This document shows, piece after piece, positions 51,818 to 61,649 of a stretch of 64,000 nucleotides of DNA. Both the position numbers and the translations under genes were made by a program. The notes beneath the pieces are model-generated. The model saw nothing but the letters and a program-made list of their open reading frames with translations. It was not told the DNA's origin and did not search any database. How positions within the stretch are numbered: the first letter of the stretch is position 1; every line of letters starts with the position of its first letter. Source of the stretch: an uncultured delta proteobacterium (GTDB lineage Bacteria; Desulfobacterota; BSN033; UBA1163); assembly GCA_963827685.1 (NCBI GenBank), contig CAWHBU010000006.1, positions 448,001 through 512,000 of the forward strand, read 5' to 3'.

Positions 51818-53095
51818 TCTTTCAACAATCATGGCCATGCCTTGACCACCCCCAATACAGAGGGTGGCAAGACCGAGATTGACTTTCCGGCGTCTCATTT
51901 CATGAAGAAGCGTCACGATCAACCTTGCGCCCGAGCATCCAATCGGATGCCCCAGAGAGATTCCGCTCCCATTGACATTCGTCTTTTCCATGTCGAATTG
52001 CAGCTCCCGAATGCACGCAATCGCCTGAGAAGCAAAGGCCTCGTTCAGCTCAATCAATCCAATGTCGTGAAGCGTGACTCCGGCCTTTCTCAAGGCCTTC
52101 CTCACAGCAGGAATAGGACCTAAGCCCATATAGGCTGGGTCAACGCCTCCGGCGGCATAGGACCGAATCGTTCCCATGGGTTCTAAATTCAACGTCTTCG
52201 CCATTTCTTTAGACATCAACAGGACAGCGGCAGCCGCATCATTGATCCCGGAGGCATTTCCTGCGGTAACGGTTCCTCCTGGTTTAAAGGCGGTCGGGAG
52301 TTTTGCCATCTTCTCCAATGAAGTATCCATAGGCCTCTCATCGGTATCGAAGAGGATGGGTTCACCCTTCTTTTGGGGAATCACCACTGGAACGACCTCT
52401 TCCTTAAAAATTCCGTTTTTGATAGCCGCTCTCGCCCTCTGATGGCTCAGCAATCCCAGTTCATCCTGTTCCTTTCTCGAAATGCCATACTTCTCGGCGA
52501 TGTTTTCAGCAGTGAGTCCCATGTGGTATCCATAAAAGATTTCAAAGAGACCATCAAAGACCATCAAATCCACCATCTCTTGGTTGAACATCCTGGCACC
52601 CCATCGACCTTGTGGAAACGCATAGGGAACCTGACTCATGTTCTCCATTCCCCCTGCCACCACCACCTCTGCCTCCCCTGTCAGGATCGATTGAGCACCT
52701 AAGGCAATGGCCTTAAGACCCGAAGCACAGACCTTGTTAATGGTAAAGGCATTGGTCTCCTTCGGAACCCCGGCATGAATCGTCGCCTGACGCGCTGGAT
52801 TCTGTCCCTGTCCAGCCTGGATGACATTGCCCATGATCACCTCATCGACTTGAATTCCCTTCATGGACTCATCCCATTGGTAATGGGATTTCTCCAGTTC
52901 TGTCATTCCTGTCCCTTTAAAGACATCAGGGGCAACCTCAAGAAGCTCCTTCTTGACGATCGGCTTAAGACCCACTTTCTTAAGAGCTTCTCTGATGACA
53001 AGGGCCCCTAATTTAATGGCCGAAACCTCCTTCAGGGAGGCCCCGAATGTACCGATGGCCGTTCTAACTCCACTCACAATGACAACCTCTCTCAT
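51812..53095 (-). CDS. Acetyl-CoA C-acetyltransferase (thiolase)
   Basis: NKVCASG, NEAFA, GHPIG.SG, CIGGGQG; extra N-terminal insert after the first helix. Confidence 0.95.
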   Translation of the reverse strand: MREVVIVSGVRTAIGTFGASLKEVSAIKLGALVIREALKKVGLKPIVKKELLEVAPDVFKGTGMTELEKSHYQWDESMKGIQVDEVIMGNVIQAGQGQNPARQATIHAGVPKETNAFTINKVCASGLKAIALGAQSILTGEAEVVVAGGMENMSQVPYAFPQGRWGARMFNQEMVDLMVFDGLFEIFYGYHMGLTAENIAEKYGISRKEQDELGLLSHQRARAAIKNGIFKEEVVPVVIPQKKGEPILFDTDERPMDTSLEKMAKLPTAFKPGGTVTAGNASGINDAAAAVLLMSKEMAKTLNLEPMGTIRSYAAGGVDPAYMGLGPIPAVRKALRKAGVTLHDIGLIELNEAFASQAIACIRELQFDMEKTNVNGSGISLGHPIGCSGARLIVTLLHEMRRRKVNLGLATLCIGGGQGMAMIVERS

Positions 53096-53338
53096 TTGAT
53101 TCTCCTTTTTATTACCCCCCTCATGACAAATTTGAGATGAAATATAAAAATAGGCTGCTCGTTAATTCAAAAGAAAATTTTCACGGGTATGTTTTTTAGC
53201 CCAAAACACCCCTTTTGTCAACTTATTTCTTCCCCTCCCCTCTTCCCTTGGAGGGAGAGGGATAGGGTGAGGGTGAATTACTATTCTCTTAAGAGCATTC
53301 GTCACGGAATTGGGGATGCTTTCTCTTGGGTTGGAATA

Positions 53339-54343
53339 TTAATGACTTAATTTCAATTTCGAAAGGTCAGCAGCAGTGGAGATAGCTTTGATAAGATTGG
53401 TTGGATCGGCCACTCCTTTTCCGGCAATGTCATAGGCTGTCCCATGATCGACCGATGTCCGGATGAAAGGTAGTCCCAAGGTGAAATTGACGGCTTCCTT
53501 AAAATCGAGCATCTTAATCGGGATGAGGCCTTGGTCGTGATACATGGAAATGACGGCATCAAAGTCGTAACGGCCTGAAAGGTTGAAAAAGGAGTCAGCG
53601 GGAAAAGGCCCTTCAACATCCATTCCAAGGGATTTCGCTTCTGCAATGGCCGGAAGGATCTCCCTTTTCTCTTCTTCTCCCAAGAGTCCATCTTCTCCGC
53701 AATGGGGATTGAGGCCGAGGACGGCAATTCTGGGGTGGGCAGTCCCGAAATATTTTTTCATCCCATCAGCCGTCAAACGAATGGTAGAAAGGATACGATT
53801 CGAAGTGATCCATTTTGAAATATCCTTCAAGGGAAGATGGGTCGTCACCAGAACGATTTTCCATTTTGATCCCAAAAACATCATGGCGACAGGGGAAGTT
53901 TGAGCCAAATGGGCCAAAAGCTCAGTATGGCCCGGGAATGAGTAACCGGCTGAATTCATCGCCTGCTTATTGATCGGACAGGTAGTAATCGCATCCAACT
54001 CTCCTCTCCTCACCCGCTTGACCGCCTCTTCAATATATTTCACCATTGCCTCTCCGCACGCTCTGTCCGGTTTTCCGAAACGGAGAGAAGGTACCTCTAA
54101 TTGGCTTAACGGAAGGAGGAATATTTTCTGGGGAAGGTATCCGTCTTCGGGAATTTTCTCGATGACCTCAATGGTGACAGAAAGCTTTTGAATTTGGATG
54201 GCTCTTGAAAGCACCTCCCGGTCACCGAAGACGATCGGCCGGCAGGCTTGAAACGGCTCTCCCATGGAGAGAGCCTTCACGATAATTTCCGGTCCGATGC
54301 CGGTCGGATCCCCCATCGTGATCCCGATGATAGGAAGTGTCAT
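53339..54343 (-). CDS. pdxA: 4-hydroxythreonine-4-phosphate dehydrogenase
   Basis: TMGDP.GIGPE, PGHTE, LNPH.GE, MYHDQG, RTSVDHGTA. Confidence 0.95.
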   Translation of the reverse strand: MTLPIIGITMGDPTGIGPEIIVKALSMGEPFQACRPIVFGDREVLSRAIQIQKLSVTIEVIEKIPEDGYLPQKIFLLPLSQLEVPSLRFGKPDRACGEAMVKYIEEAVKRVRRGELDAITTCPINKQAMNSAGYSFPGHTELLAHLAQTSPVAMMFLGSKWKIVLVTTHLPLKDISKWITSNRILSTIRLTADGMKKYFGTAHPRIAVLGLNPHCGEDGLLGEEEKREILPAIAEAKSLGMDVEGPFPADSFFNLSGRYDFDAVISMYHDQGLIPIKMLDFKEAVNFTLGLPFIRTSVDHGTAYDIAGKGVADPTNLIKAISTAADLSKLKLSH

Positions 54344-54370
54344 ACAATTAACCTCTATCAGAAATCATCC

Positions 54371-55492
54371 TAGTATCTAATTATATAAATAAGCGTACTT
54401 ATTTTTAGGGTGAACTGATTTGACATAACGCTTGGTCCATTCAAACGGGGCTGCCTTTTCGTTATGGACGGAAATAAACTCATCGATCGCCTGGCGCAAC
54501 TGTCGGACGCTTGTAAAGGAGGCGCCCCTCAAGGCATAGCGGCTCAGAAGACTGAACCAGATTTCGATCTGGTTCAGCCAGGAAGCATGTGTGGGCGTAA
54601 AATGAAAATGAACCTTCGGATGGCGTTTAATCCAATGATCCCTCTTCGGTCGATGAGTCTTCAAATTGTCCATAATCACATGGATTTCCTCGTCCGGATG
54701 TTCGGCAACGATCTCGTTCATAAAATCCAGAAACTCCCGGCGACAACGGCGGCCGTAATGGCCCGCCTTCACTTGTCCCGTGGCCACATTCAAGGCTGCA
54801 AAGAGGGTACTCGTTCCATGCCGTCTATACTCATGGTTGGCTCCCGTCAGCGCCTTGCCATTGGGCAGTTTAAGCCACCCCTGAGCCCGTTCCAACGCCT
54901 GAATGGCTGGCTTCTCATCCATGCATACCACCATGGCGTTCTCAGGAGGATCCAGGTAAAGCCCAACAATATCAGCGGACTTCCGTGCAAATTCAGGGTC
55001 CGTCGAAATACACCAACTGCGCCGTCTCTGAAGGCTAATCCCATACTTGCGCAACACCGCCCACACTTCATAATCCGGGATGCTCGTCCTCTCCCCCAGA
55101 AGCCTTCCGTTCCACTGGGCATATCCCTTCGGAGGAGCTTCATCGATCTTGCGCAGAATTGTGTGTTCGGTCTCTGCGGTGTACTTACGTGGCTGCCCGG
55201 GGCGCGGTTCATCAAGCAAACCTGCCAACCCTTCTCTGACGAAACGGCTACGCCATTTGCAAACGCGTGCAACACGAGTCCTCAGCCTTTTGGCAATCTC
55301 CGTGTTACTCTGCCCTTCAGCACCCCAGAGAATAATTTGCGCCCTCTCCGCCATACGCTTGGGAGTGGTATGGGTTCGAACCAATCGATCCAACTCAGCC
55401 CGTTGCTCGGGCTCCAACGTGATTTCTTTTGCTTTCCTGCTCATAATACAGGAAAGTTAGCATATTACGCTTATTATGTCAAGTAGATACTA
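54371..55492 (-). mobile_element. IS630 family element
   Basis: IRs TAGTATCTA..AATAAGCGTA at both ends with TA termini. Confidence 0.9.
54377..55444 (-). CDS. IS630 family transposase
   Basis: STDPEF, DEKP.IQAL, EYRRHGT, MDNLKTH, SWLNQIE.WF. Confidence 0.95.
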   Translation of the reverse strand: MSRKAKEITLEPEQRAELDRLVRTHTTPKRMAERAQIILWGAEGQSNTEIAKRLRTRVARVCKWRSRFVREGLAGLLDEPRPGQPRKYTAETEHTILRKIDEAPPKGYAQWNGRLLGERTSIPDYEVWAVLRKYGISLQRRRSWCISTDPEFARKSADIVGLYLDPPENAMVVCMDEKPAIQALERAQGWLKLPNGKALTGANHEYRRHGTSTLFAALNVATGQVKAGHYGRRCRREFLDFMNEIVAEHPDEEIHVIMDNLKTHRPKRDHWIKRHPKVHFHFTPTHASWLNQIEIWFSLLSRYALRGASFTSVRQLRQAIDEFISVHNEKAAPFEWTKRYVKSVHPKNKYAYLYN

Positions 55493-55635
55493 GTGCAGTG
55501 AATCTAACGCTTCTTTACATTAATTTCCTAGGCCGTCATTCCCGCGAAGGCGGGAATCCAGCCCAAAAACAATGGATTCCGGGTCAAGCCCGCAATGACA
55601 AATAAAGGAAAGAGATTTCTGAATCACTACACTAG
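55490..55635. mobile_element. MITE carrying a GTCATTCCCGCGAAGGCGGGAATCCA-type REP
   Basis: IRs CTAGTGCAGTGA / TCACTACACTAG; internal GTCATT...AATGAC palindrome. Confidence 0.65.
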
Positions 55636-55771
55636 CATTTTATACACATTATACACTACTGCAAGGTGAAAATCTTATCAACTGCTTGGGTGCCTCGCCT
55701 GCGGCGTGGAGGTATGGAAAAAAGCAGGTTATCCTGTCAATCATTTCACGTCGGTTGAATAACGTTTTTTT

Positions 55772-55861
55772 TCACAAACCATCCAATGGACTTCTAATTT
55801 CGGAAGGTTTCTTCCGTATCACATGGGTGTAAATCATCGTCGTATTCACATGCTTGTGACC
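55772..55861 (-). pseudogene. intI: C-terminal remnant of an integron-type tyrosine recombinase
   Basis: Translates as GHKHVNTTMIYTHVIRKKPSEIRSPLDGL*, matching the IntI GH..V.TT.IYTHV...SPLD tail. Confidence 0.7.
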
Positions 55862-56025
55862 GTGAAAGAAACATCTCAAAATCTCTGAGTTCACCCAGTT
55901 CTCTGTCCATCAATTGACCGAATAATAATTTTGATAGTTTAATGATACGCAACATAACATTAATTTTGCAATAAATTATTCATTCCCCAAGGAATGTTTA
56001 TGCCGTTATTAAGACTCTAAATAAT

Positions 56026-57134
56026 TAATACAAACGTCCTAAATAAAGTGACATAACAGTTTATTTATGTTAATATGTGGGCATGAAAAATCCCACATTA
56101 ATCTTAGAGCATAAAGAGGCCAATAAAGAGCGTTTATTAGCATTAGCCGAACAAATATCAGGGGCTTGGATAGGCATAAAGATAGCCGCCTTACTCCTGG
56201 TGCTTGAAGGGCAACGTCCGGGATGGATAACCGAGGTGTTAGGGTTGACCCGGATGAGTTTAAGCCGATGGATTCACGGGGTGAACAAAGACGGCTTAGA
56301 GTTCTTAAAATCCAAGCCAAGATCGGGAAGGCCTCCACGGTTAGAGACAAAGATTCAAAGGGTGCTGGAGGGACACTTAGAGAAGTCTCCGCGGGAATTT
56401 GGTTTAAACCGGACTCAATGGGATGGGCCAACGGTTGCGATTCATCTGAAACGGTCTTTCGGGATAAACCTGAAGGTGCGGCAAGCCCAACGCTGGATGC
56501 ATCATTTGGGTTATCGGTTAAAGAGAGCGAGTTATTCTTATCTTCAAGCACAAAGCCAAGAAGCCCGAAAGTTCCAGCGGGCTTTAAAAAAAACTTGAGT
56601 CCCTGGGGCCAAAAGAGACAATTGTATTCCAGGATGAGACAGGCTTTACGATGCACCCCAGGCTTAGCCGGGGCTGGGCGAAAAAAGGAAAGCGTCTTAA
56701 GATTCCCACGACCAGCCAGCATCGTATCCGTTTGAATATCTCTGGGTGGGTCAATCCTTTGCTTGGACGCTATGGCATGATTCAGACAAAACGGGGGGAT
56801 AGAGAAGGGTTTCTCAAACTTTTGCGCCACCTCTATGGAAGGTTTAAAGAATATACCATTTGGCTTTATGTCGACAGGGCCCGCTGGCACAGAGGCGATC
56901 CCATCGAACAATTTCTTAAAAAACATCCGAGGCTCCATATCGAATATTTACCCCCGTATCAACCGGGATTAAACGTGCAAGAACGGATTTGGCGCAGTGT
57001 TCGCTATGAATCCACCACCAACCGTTGGTTTGAAAACCTTGATAATCTTTGGTCTGTCGTTTGTAAAACAACTCGCTCATGGTCTTGTCAAAAGATTCGT
57101 AGGCTATGTAACATTACTTAATGCGTTTGTATTA
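56026..57134 (+). mobile_element. IS630 family element with two-ORF transposase (56083..56598 and a +1 frame to 57121)
   Basis: 30-bp imperfect IRs starting TAATACAAACG; A8 run 56586-56593; HTH ORF then QDETGF..DRARWH..LPPY.P.LN.QE. Confidence 0.88.
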
Positions 57135-57152
57135 GGATCATTTAGATTTTAA

Positions 57153-58665
57153 TGTTTAAGCGAAGTCAATATGTCCCCTTAACTGCAACGTGAAAATGTC
57201 CCCTCCAAGGGTTTTGATCTTGACCCTTGAGTGAGTGGATGAACTTCAATTTGAGTTTCTTTTTTTTAAGTGAGCTCTCATAAGAGATCCCTATTAATGG
57301 GCAACAAGCGAAATGTGAATCGCCAGGTTGCGCTACAATCAACGATGTTCGATGAGCAGGGGGTAAGGGTCACCTTCCCTGGAGGGTGCTGAAGCGAGAT
57401 AGACCCAGTGGTAATCTTTAACTCCTTTTGCATGGTGTTTCTTTCGGGGAAGAGCTCTCACCGGTTCCCGGAGGGAAGTAGGAGGATGTTTCGCAATCAA
57501 CTGATCTTGAGCGTAGATTCTCCAAGATCCGTTGAGAAGCTGCCGAGCTTCCACCTTGAGCTTCGCATAGGATCTTCTTTGAGGGCCAGGGGGAATATCG
57601 AGAACCAATCCTCCCAGCCGAGCCGTATTATCGTTGCCGACCGTAGCCGTATAGCGAAAGCTGATGATTCGATCCAGGTCCAGATGGTTTGGGACTTCTC
57701 TCCAGGCTTTTTGGGATTCTCTGGGTCTGACGGCAAAGCGACGGTTAAAGTCTTTTAAAAAGGTTGATTGTAAAAAGCGATTGGCCTCTTCCATCGTTAC
57801 AATTTCTTTTAAACGGAGTTCTGCTCCCAGACGATCCTGCAGGGTGGCAAAGAGTTTTCTATCCTTCCTTTGGCCTGAGGAGAAAGAGCCGAGATCGGCT
57901 CAATCCCCAAGGCTTCGAGAGCTAATCCGACTTGAGTCGGTTCCTGTCGGCCAGCGAGTTGCTCTTCCAAGCTCCAGTGAGGGTCATTCCGATGCAACGA
58001 CCCGTGGCGATCCTGATAGATCATCATTGGGATTCCATATTTTTTAATCATCTCTTTAAGAAGCCAGAAATAGCCTGCGGAACCTTCAAAGGGAAAGAAA
58101 CGGGCGGCCAGCAGTTTCCCGGTCGCATCATCGATGGCAGCCATCAGACAGCAAGGTGGAAGGTCTCGGCCAAACCAGGGGTGGGGACTCCCATCCCAGA
58201 GGACCATCCATCCTTCTTGAGCCATTCGCTCCCGTCGCTTTCGATGCTTAGGTCCCCGACGCCTGCGCTTGGGTGCCATCCCCGCCTCCCGCCGTAACTT
58301 CCTCACCGTCTCTCGATTCAAATCGATCCCTTCGCACTCCCGAAGTTTCTCCGTAAAATGGGTATCGTTAAAGTCCCAGTAAACCTCTTCCGACAGCTTT
58401 AATACCCTTTCTCGTAAGGACTCCTTGAGCCGGTGGTTCGAAGGTCGTCCCCTGTTACCATGCACCAAGGCTTTGATCCCTCTCTCCCGGATCGCTTGCC
58501 CAATCCGCTTCGCCTGACGGTAGGACACACCTATCCTCTCTCCAGCCTCCCTCAAGGTGATCTTCCCTACCTTTACGATCTCCATCAGATGCCACCTCTT
58601 TAACTCCCTCTGCCCCATGAGTATCTTCTCCTGTTCCATGGGGACATTTCTACTTTGCTAACACA
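57153..58665 (-). mobile_element. IS1202-like (ISNCY) element, frameshifted transposase 57339..58639
   Basis: 26-bp IRs TGT..ATGTCCCC / GGGGACAT..ACA; 16-bp direct repeat ATCATTTAGATTTTAA at 57137-57152 and 58666-58681; HGNRGR, WDGS.H.WF, IDDAT, SPQAKGRIE; 1-nt loss near 57857. Confidence 0.85.
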
Positions 58666-58682
58666 ATCATTTAGATTTTAAT

Positions 58683-58711
58683 TGACAAAACATATTTATG
58701 AACGTATCGTC
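58683..58711 (+). promoter_or_regulatory. Possible cassette promoter
   Basis: TTGACA-17bp-TATCGT. Confidence 0.4.
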
Positions 58712-58893
58712 TTATCAAAATATAACTTGCAGTTCAATAATCGTTCGGCGGTGACAAAACCAAAATGCTGTCCCCGCCGAACGTGCGGCGTTGTGCTTCG
58801 CTCATCGCACCTGGCCCGGCGGCTGACGGTAGAAATCAATAACAAAATAAACCAAACGGCATCTGGCGCCGAGCGTTCGGTGCATAGGAATTT

Positions 58894-59271
58894 ATGTCAT
58901 TAACAATTGCTTTAGCCATTGTTGGGTTCGTAGGAATTGTCGTGGGTGTTTATTGTCTTAGTCAAAATTTAAAGTTGACCCACTCACCAGCTCAAGGAAT
59001 TCATTCCCGCAAAAGCGTGGTAATTCTTTTAATCATCGGTGCGATCTTAGGAATATCTACGTGGCCAGCAACTTTCTTCATGGGTTACACTGTTAAACTT
59101 GAGGAGGGCATAGGTCGAATGGTTAGTCTTCCATTCTTCGTAGCTTGCTTCGATGCACATGGTGCGGATTTTGTGGGACCTCTGACAATGCCTGAAGTAA
59201 TAGGCAACGTTATCTTTTGGTTTTTAATACCACAAATAATCTTGTTGTTAGTTTGGAAAAGGAGCCGATAA
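58894..59271 (+). CDS. Small membrane protein on an integron-type gene cassette
   Basis: Hydrophobic 125 aa; GTTCGGTGC before the RBS and GCATCGAAC right after the stop. Confidence 0.65.
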   Translation: MSLTIALAIVGFVGIVVGVYCLSQNLKLTHSPAQGIHSRKSVVILLIIGAILGISTWPATFFMGYTVKLEEGIGRMVSLPFFVACFDAHGADFVGPLTMPEVIGNVIFWFLIPQIILLLVWKRSR

Positions 59272-59736
59272 TTGGGCATCGAACAAATCAATGAACCAGA
59301 CGTTACCCAGGGCGGAATGCATTTATAAACAATTTATGAATCAAAAAATTAACACGCATTATTTAAAAATGATAAAGACAAAGGGACAGATCTGGGGGAC
59401 GTTGCTCAATTCTTTCACTTTTCGTCTCACCTTCTCGAAAAATTCACATGAACTATGTAGCTCTCAGATCTTCCGGAGATGCAATTGTCCGTATATTTGG
59501 GAAGAGGGGTTAGTCCATGAGTCCATGAAATTCCTTCTAATCATTTTTCAATCTCATAAGGGCGATATTCTCAAAATCTCGGACTGACCCCATCTTCTGC
59601 TCGGCAAGGTTATTGATCTGGCAGAGGAGGGAGGCATAAATTGGAATGTTTCACAAGATTGAGAGATATTCGAGATGAGTGGAGGCCGAGTCAGAGTGGG
59701 GGAAAAACACGCATATCGCAAACTGGGGTTTCAAAT

Positions 59737-60699
59737 CTAAAGCTTGATTTCGATGGCGGCTTTTTCTTTCAAGGTGCTGAGATATTGTTTAAGGGCCTTC
59801 GCCATTTCACCTTCATAATAATCCGCCCGAACTTTCTCCTTAACTTCCTCAAAAGGAAGAGGTTCCAATCCTTTTCGATCGAGGAGTTTGATAATATGGA
59901 AACCAAATTCCGTTCGGACGATCTCACTTACCTCTCCGACCTTGAGACGCAGCGCCTCTCTTTCAAAGGCAGGGAGGAGTTCTCCCTTCTTAAAATAACT
60001 TAAATCTCCCCGATTCTTACTCGATGCATCTCCTGAATAGAGAAGAGCCATCTCCCCAAAATCCTCTCCCCTTTTAATTTTTTGTAAGACTCCCTGAGCC
60101 TTCTTCCTAATATTACGAATCTCCTCCGGTGTTGCCCCTTTTGGAACGACGAATAAGATGTGGCTGGGTCGATAGGTTTCATTGGTTCGATAGCGACCGA
60201 CATTCTTTTGATAAAATTCCATTAACTCTTTTTCTCCAGGTTTCGCTTCGACCTTCACCGACCAATTGATTAATTTCTGGCGCTGGAGGCCTTTTTCGAT
60301 CTGTTTCTTATAAGTCTCTAACGTCAGACCTTCGACGGCTAATGCCTTTTCCAAATCCTCTTGAGTGGCAGCGTTTCGCCGCTTCACTTCCTCCAGAGTG
60401 GTTTCTATCTCTTTACTGGAAATTTTGATTCCAGATTTCTTCACTTCCTGGTCAATCAATTTCTCCTCAATCAGCTTCTCCAACACCTGTCGACAGAGCG
60501 CCTCCATTCGTTCCCGCTTCTCCAAACGATCCTCGGTCACGATCTCTTGTTTGAGAGGGTTAATCCACTTTTCGACTTCGGAGAGGGTGATAATTTCTTG
60601 ATTGACCACAGCCACCACACGATCAACGACTGCTTCACTTAATGAAATCGGTCCGCATAAAAAGAGAAGGACCACAAATAGTAAAAGGAACTCTTTCAT
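59737..60699 (-). CDS. SurA-like peptidyl-prolyl isomerase/chaperone
   Basis: VVDRVVAVVN.EIIT.SE, SHIL, GDL.YF, RTEFGFHII. Confidence 0.88.
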   Translation of the reverse strand: MKEFLLLFVVLLFLCGPISLSEAVVDRVVAVVNQEIITLSEVEKWINPLKQEIVTEDRLEKRERMEALCRQVLEKLIEEKLIDQEVKKSGIKISSKEIETTLEEVKRRNAATQEDLEKALAVEGLTLETYKKQIEKGLQRQKLINWSVKVEAKPGEKELMEFYQKNVGRYRTNETYRPSHILFVVPKGATPEEIRNIRKKAQGVLQKIKRGEDFGEMALLYSGDASSKNRGDLSYFKKGELLPAFEREALRLKVGEVSEIVRTEFGFHIIKLLDRKGLEPLPFEEVKEKVRADYYEGEMAKALKQYLSTLKEKAAIEIKL

Positions 60700-60716
60700 C
60701 TTCTCGCTTCTCCCTC

Positions 60717-61649
60717 TTATGATCTGAGCCATTTCTTGTTGATCTTCACTCTTGCCTTCCGTTTGAGGCCCTTCAACCACTTCTGATAATTCTCCTCCCC
60801 CTTCTTTTGCTCAAGCTCCTGCAGAATCCCCAACCTGGCTTCTTCAAAAGAAATCTGCCGGGGTTCGGTTTTTTCTTCCAATTTGAAAATATGATACCCA
60901 TACGGGCTTTTGATCACCTCACTGATCGCTCCAACCTCCATGTTAAAAACACAGTCGAACTCGCTTGGCTTCTCTCCTTGGCTGAAATAGCCCAAATCTC
61001 CACCCTGAACCTTTTCAGGCCCCAGAGATTTCTCCATCGCCACCTTCTCAAAGCGCTCTCCTTTTTTTAGCCGTTTCAGGATCTGTATCGCTTCCTCCCC
61101 ATCTGCCACAACGATCTGACGTACCCTCACCTTCTGGCCAATCTGAAATGAGGACCGATGGTCTTCATAATAGCGAAGGGCTTCCTTTTCATCGACTTTC
61201 TCTCGGGAATGCAAGACACCCCGGATGACTTTCTCGGCTAATAATTTTTCTTCCAGCCGGACTTTCCATTCTTCCAGGGTCATCCCCTTGAGATCCAATG
61301 TCTCTCCAAATCCTCCCCCAGAATAATCCATTTTTATTTCAGAAATGGCCTGATTCAACTCTTCCGGAGAGATCTTGACTCCCAAGCGTCGGGCCTCCTG
61401 GACGAGAATCTTGCGTTCGATCACCTGATCGAGATAAGCCTGCCTCAGGTTTCCAAGATCTGCTCCTTTCGCCTCCCTACCTGGTTCTAATATCAACTCC
61501 TTCAACTCACGGTCAAATTCTTCAACCGAGATCTGTTCCTCATTGACTTGAGCGATAATATGCTCAGGGAGTCCCGTTTCCCACAGGTCACATCCGCACG
61601 GGAAAAATAATAGGAGGGTTAAGATAAGGAGGGCGGAAAATTTCTTCAT
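60717..61649 (-). CDS. PpiC-type peptidyl-prolyl isomerase lipoprotein
   Basis: IAQVNEE.I, VRQIVV, GGDLGYF, SPYGYHIF. Confidence 0.88.
   Translation of the reverse strand: MKKFSALLILTLLLFFPCGCDLWETGLPEHIIAQVNEEQISVEEFDRELKELILEPGREAKGADLGNLRQAYLDQVIERKILVQEARRLGVKISPEELNQAISEIKMDYSGGGFGETLDLKGMTLEEWKVRLEEKLLAEKVIRGVLHSREKVDEKEALRYYEDHRSSFQIGQKVRVRQIVVADGEEAIQILKRLKKGERFEKVAMEKSLGPEKVQGGDLGYFSQGEKPSEFDCVFNMEVGAISEVIKSPYGYHIFKLEEKTEPRQISFEEARLGILQELEQKKGEENYQKWLKGLKRKARVKINKKWLRS

Noticed and set aside
54464-55486. 340-aa plus-strand ORF
   Set aside because: Antisense shadow of the IS630 transposase
56039-56938. 299-aa minus-strand ORF
   Set aside because: Antisense shadow of the second IS630 transposase
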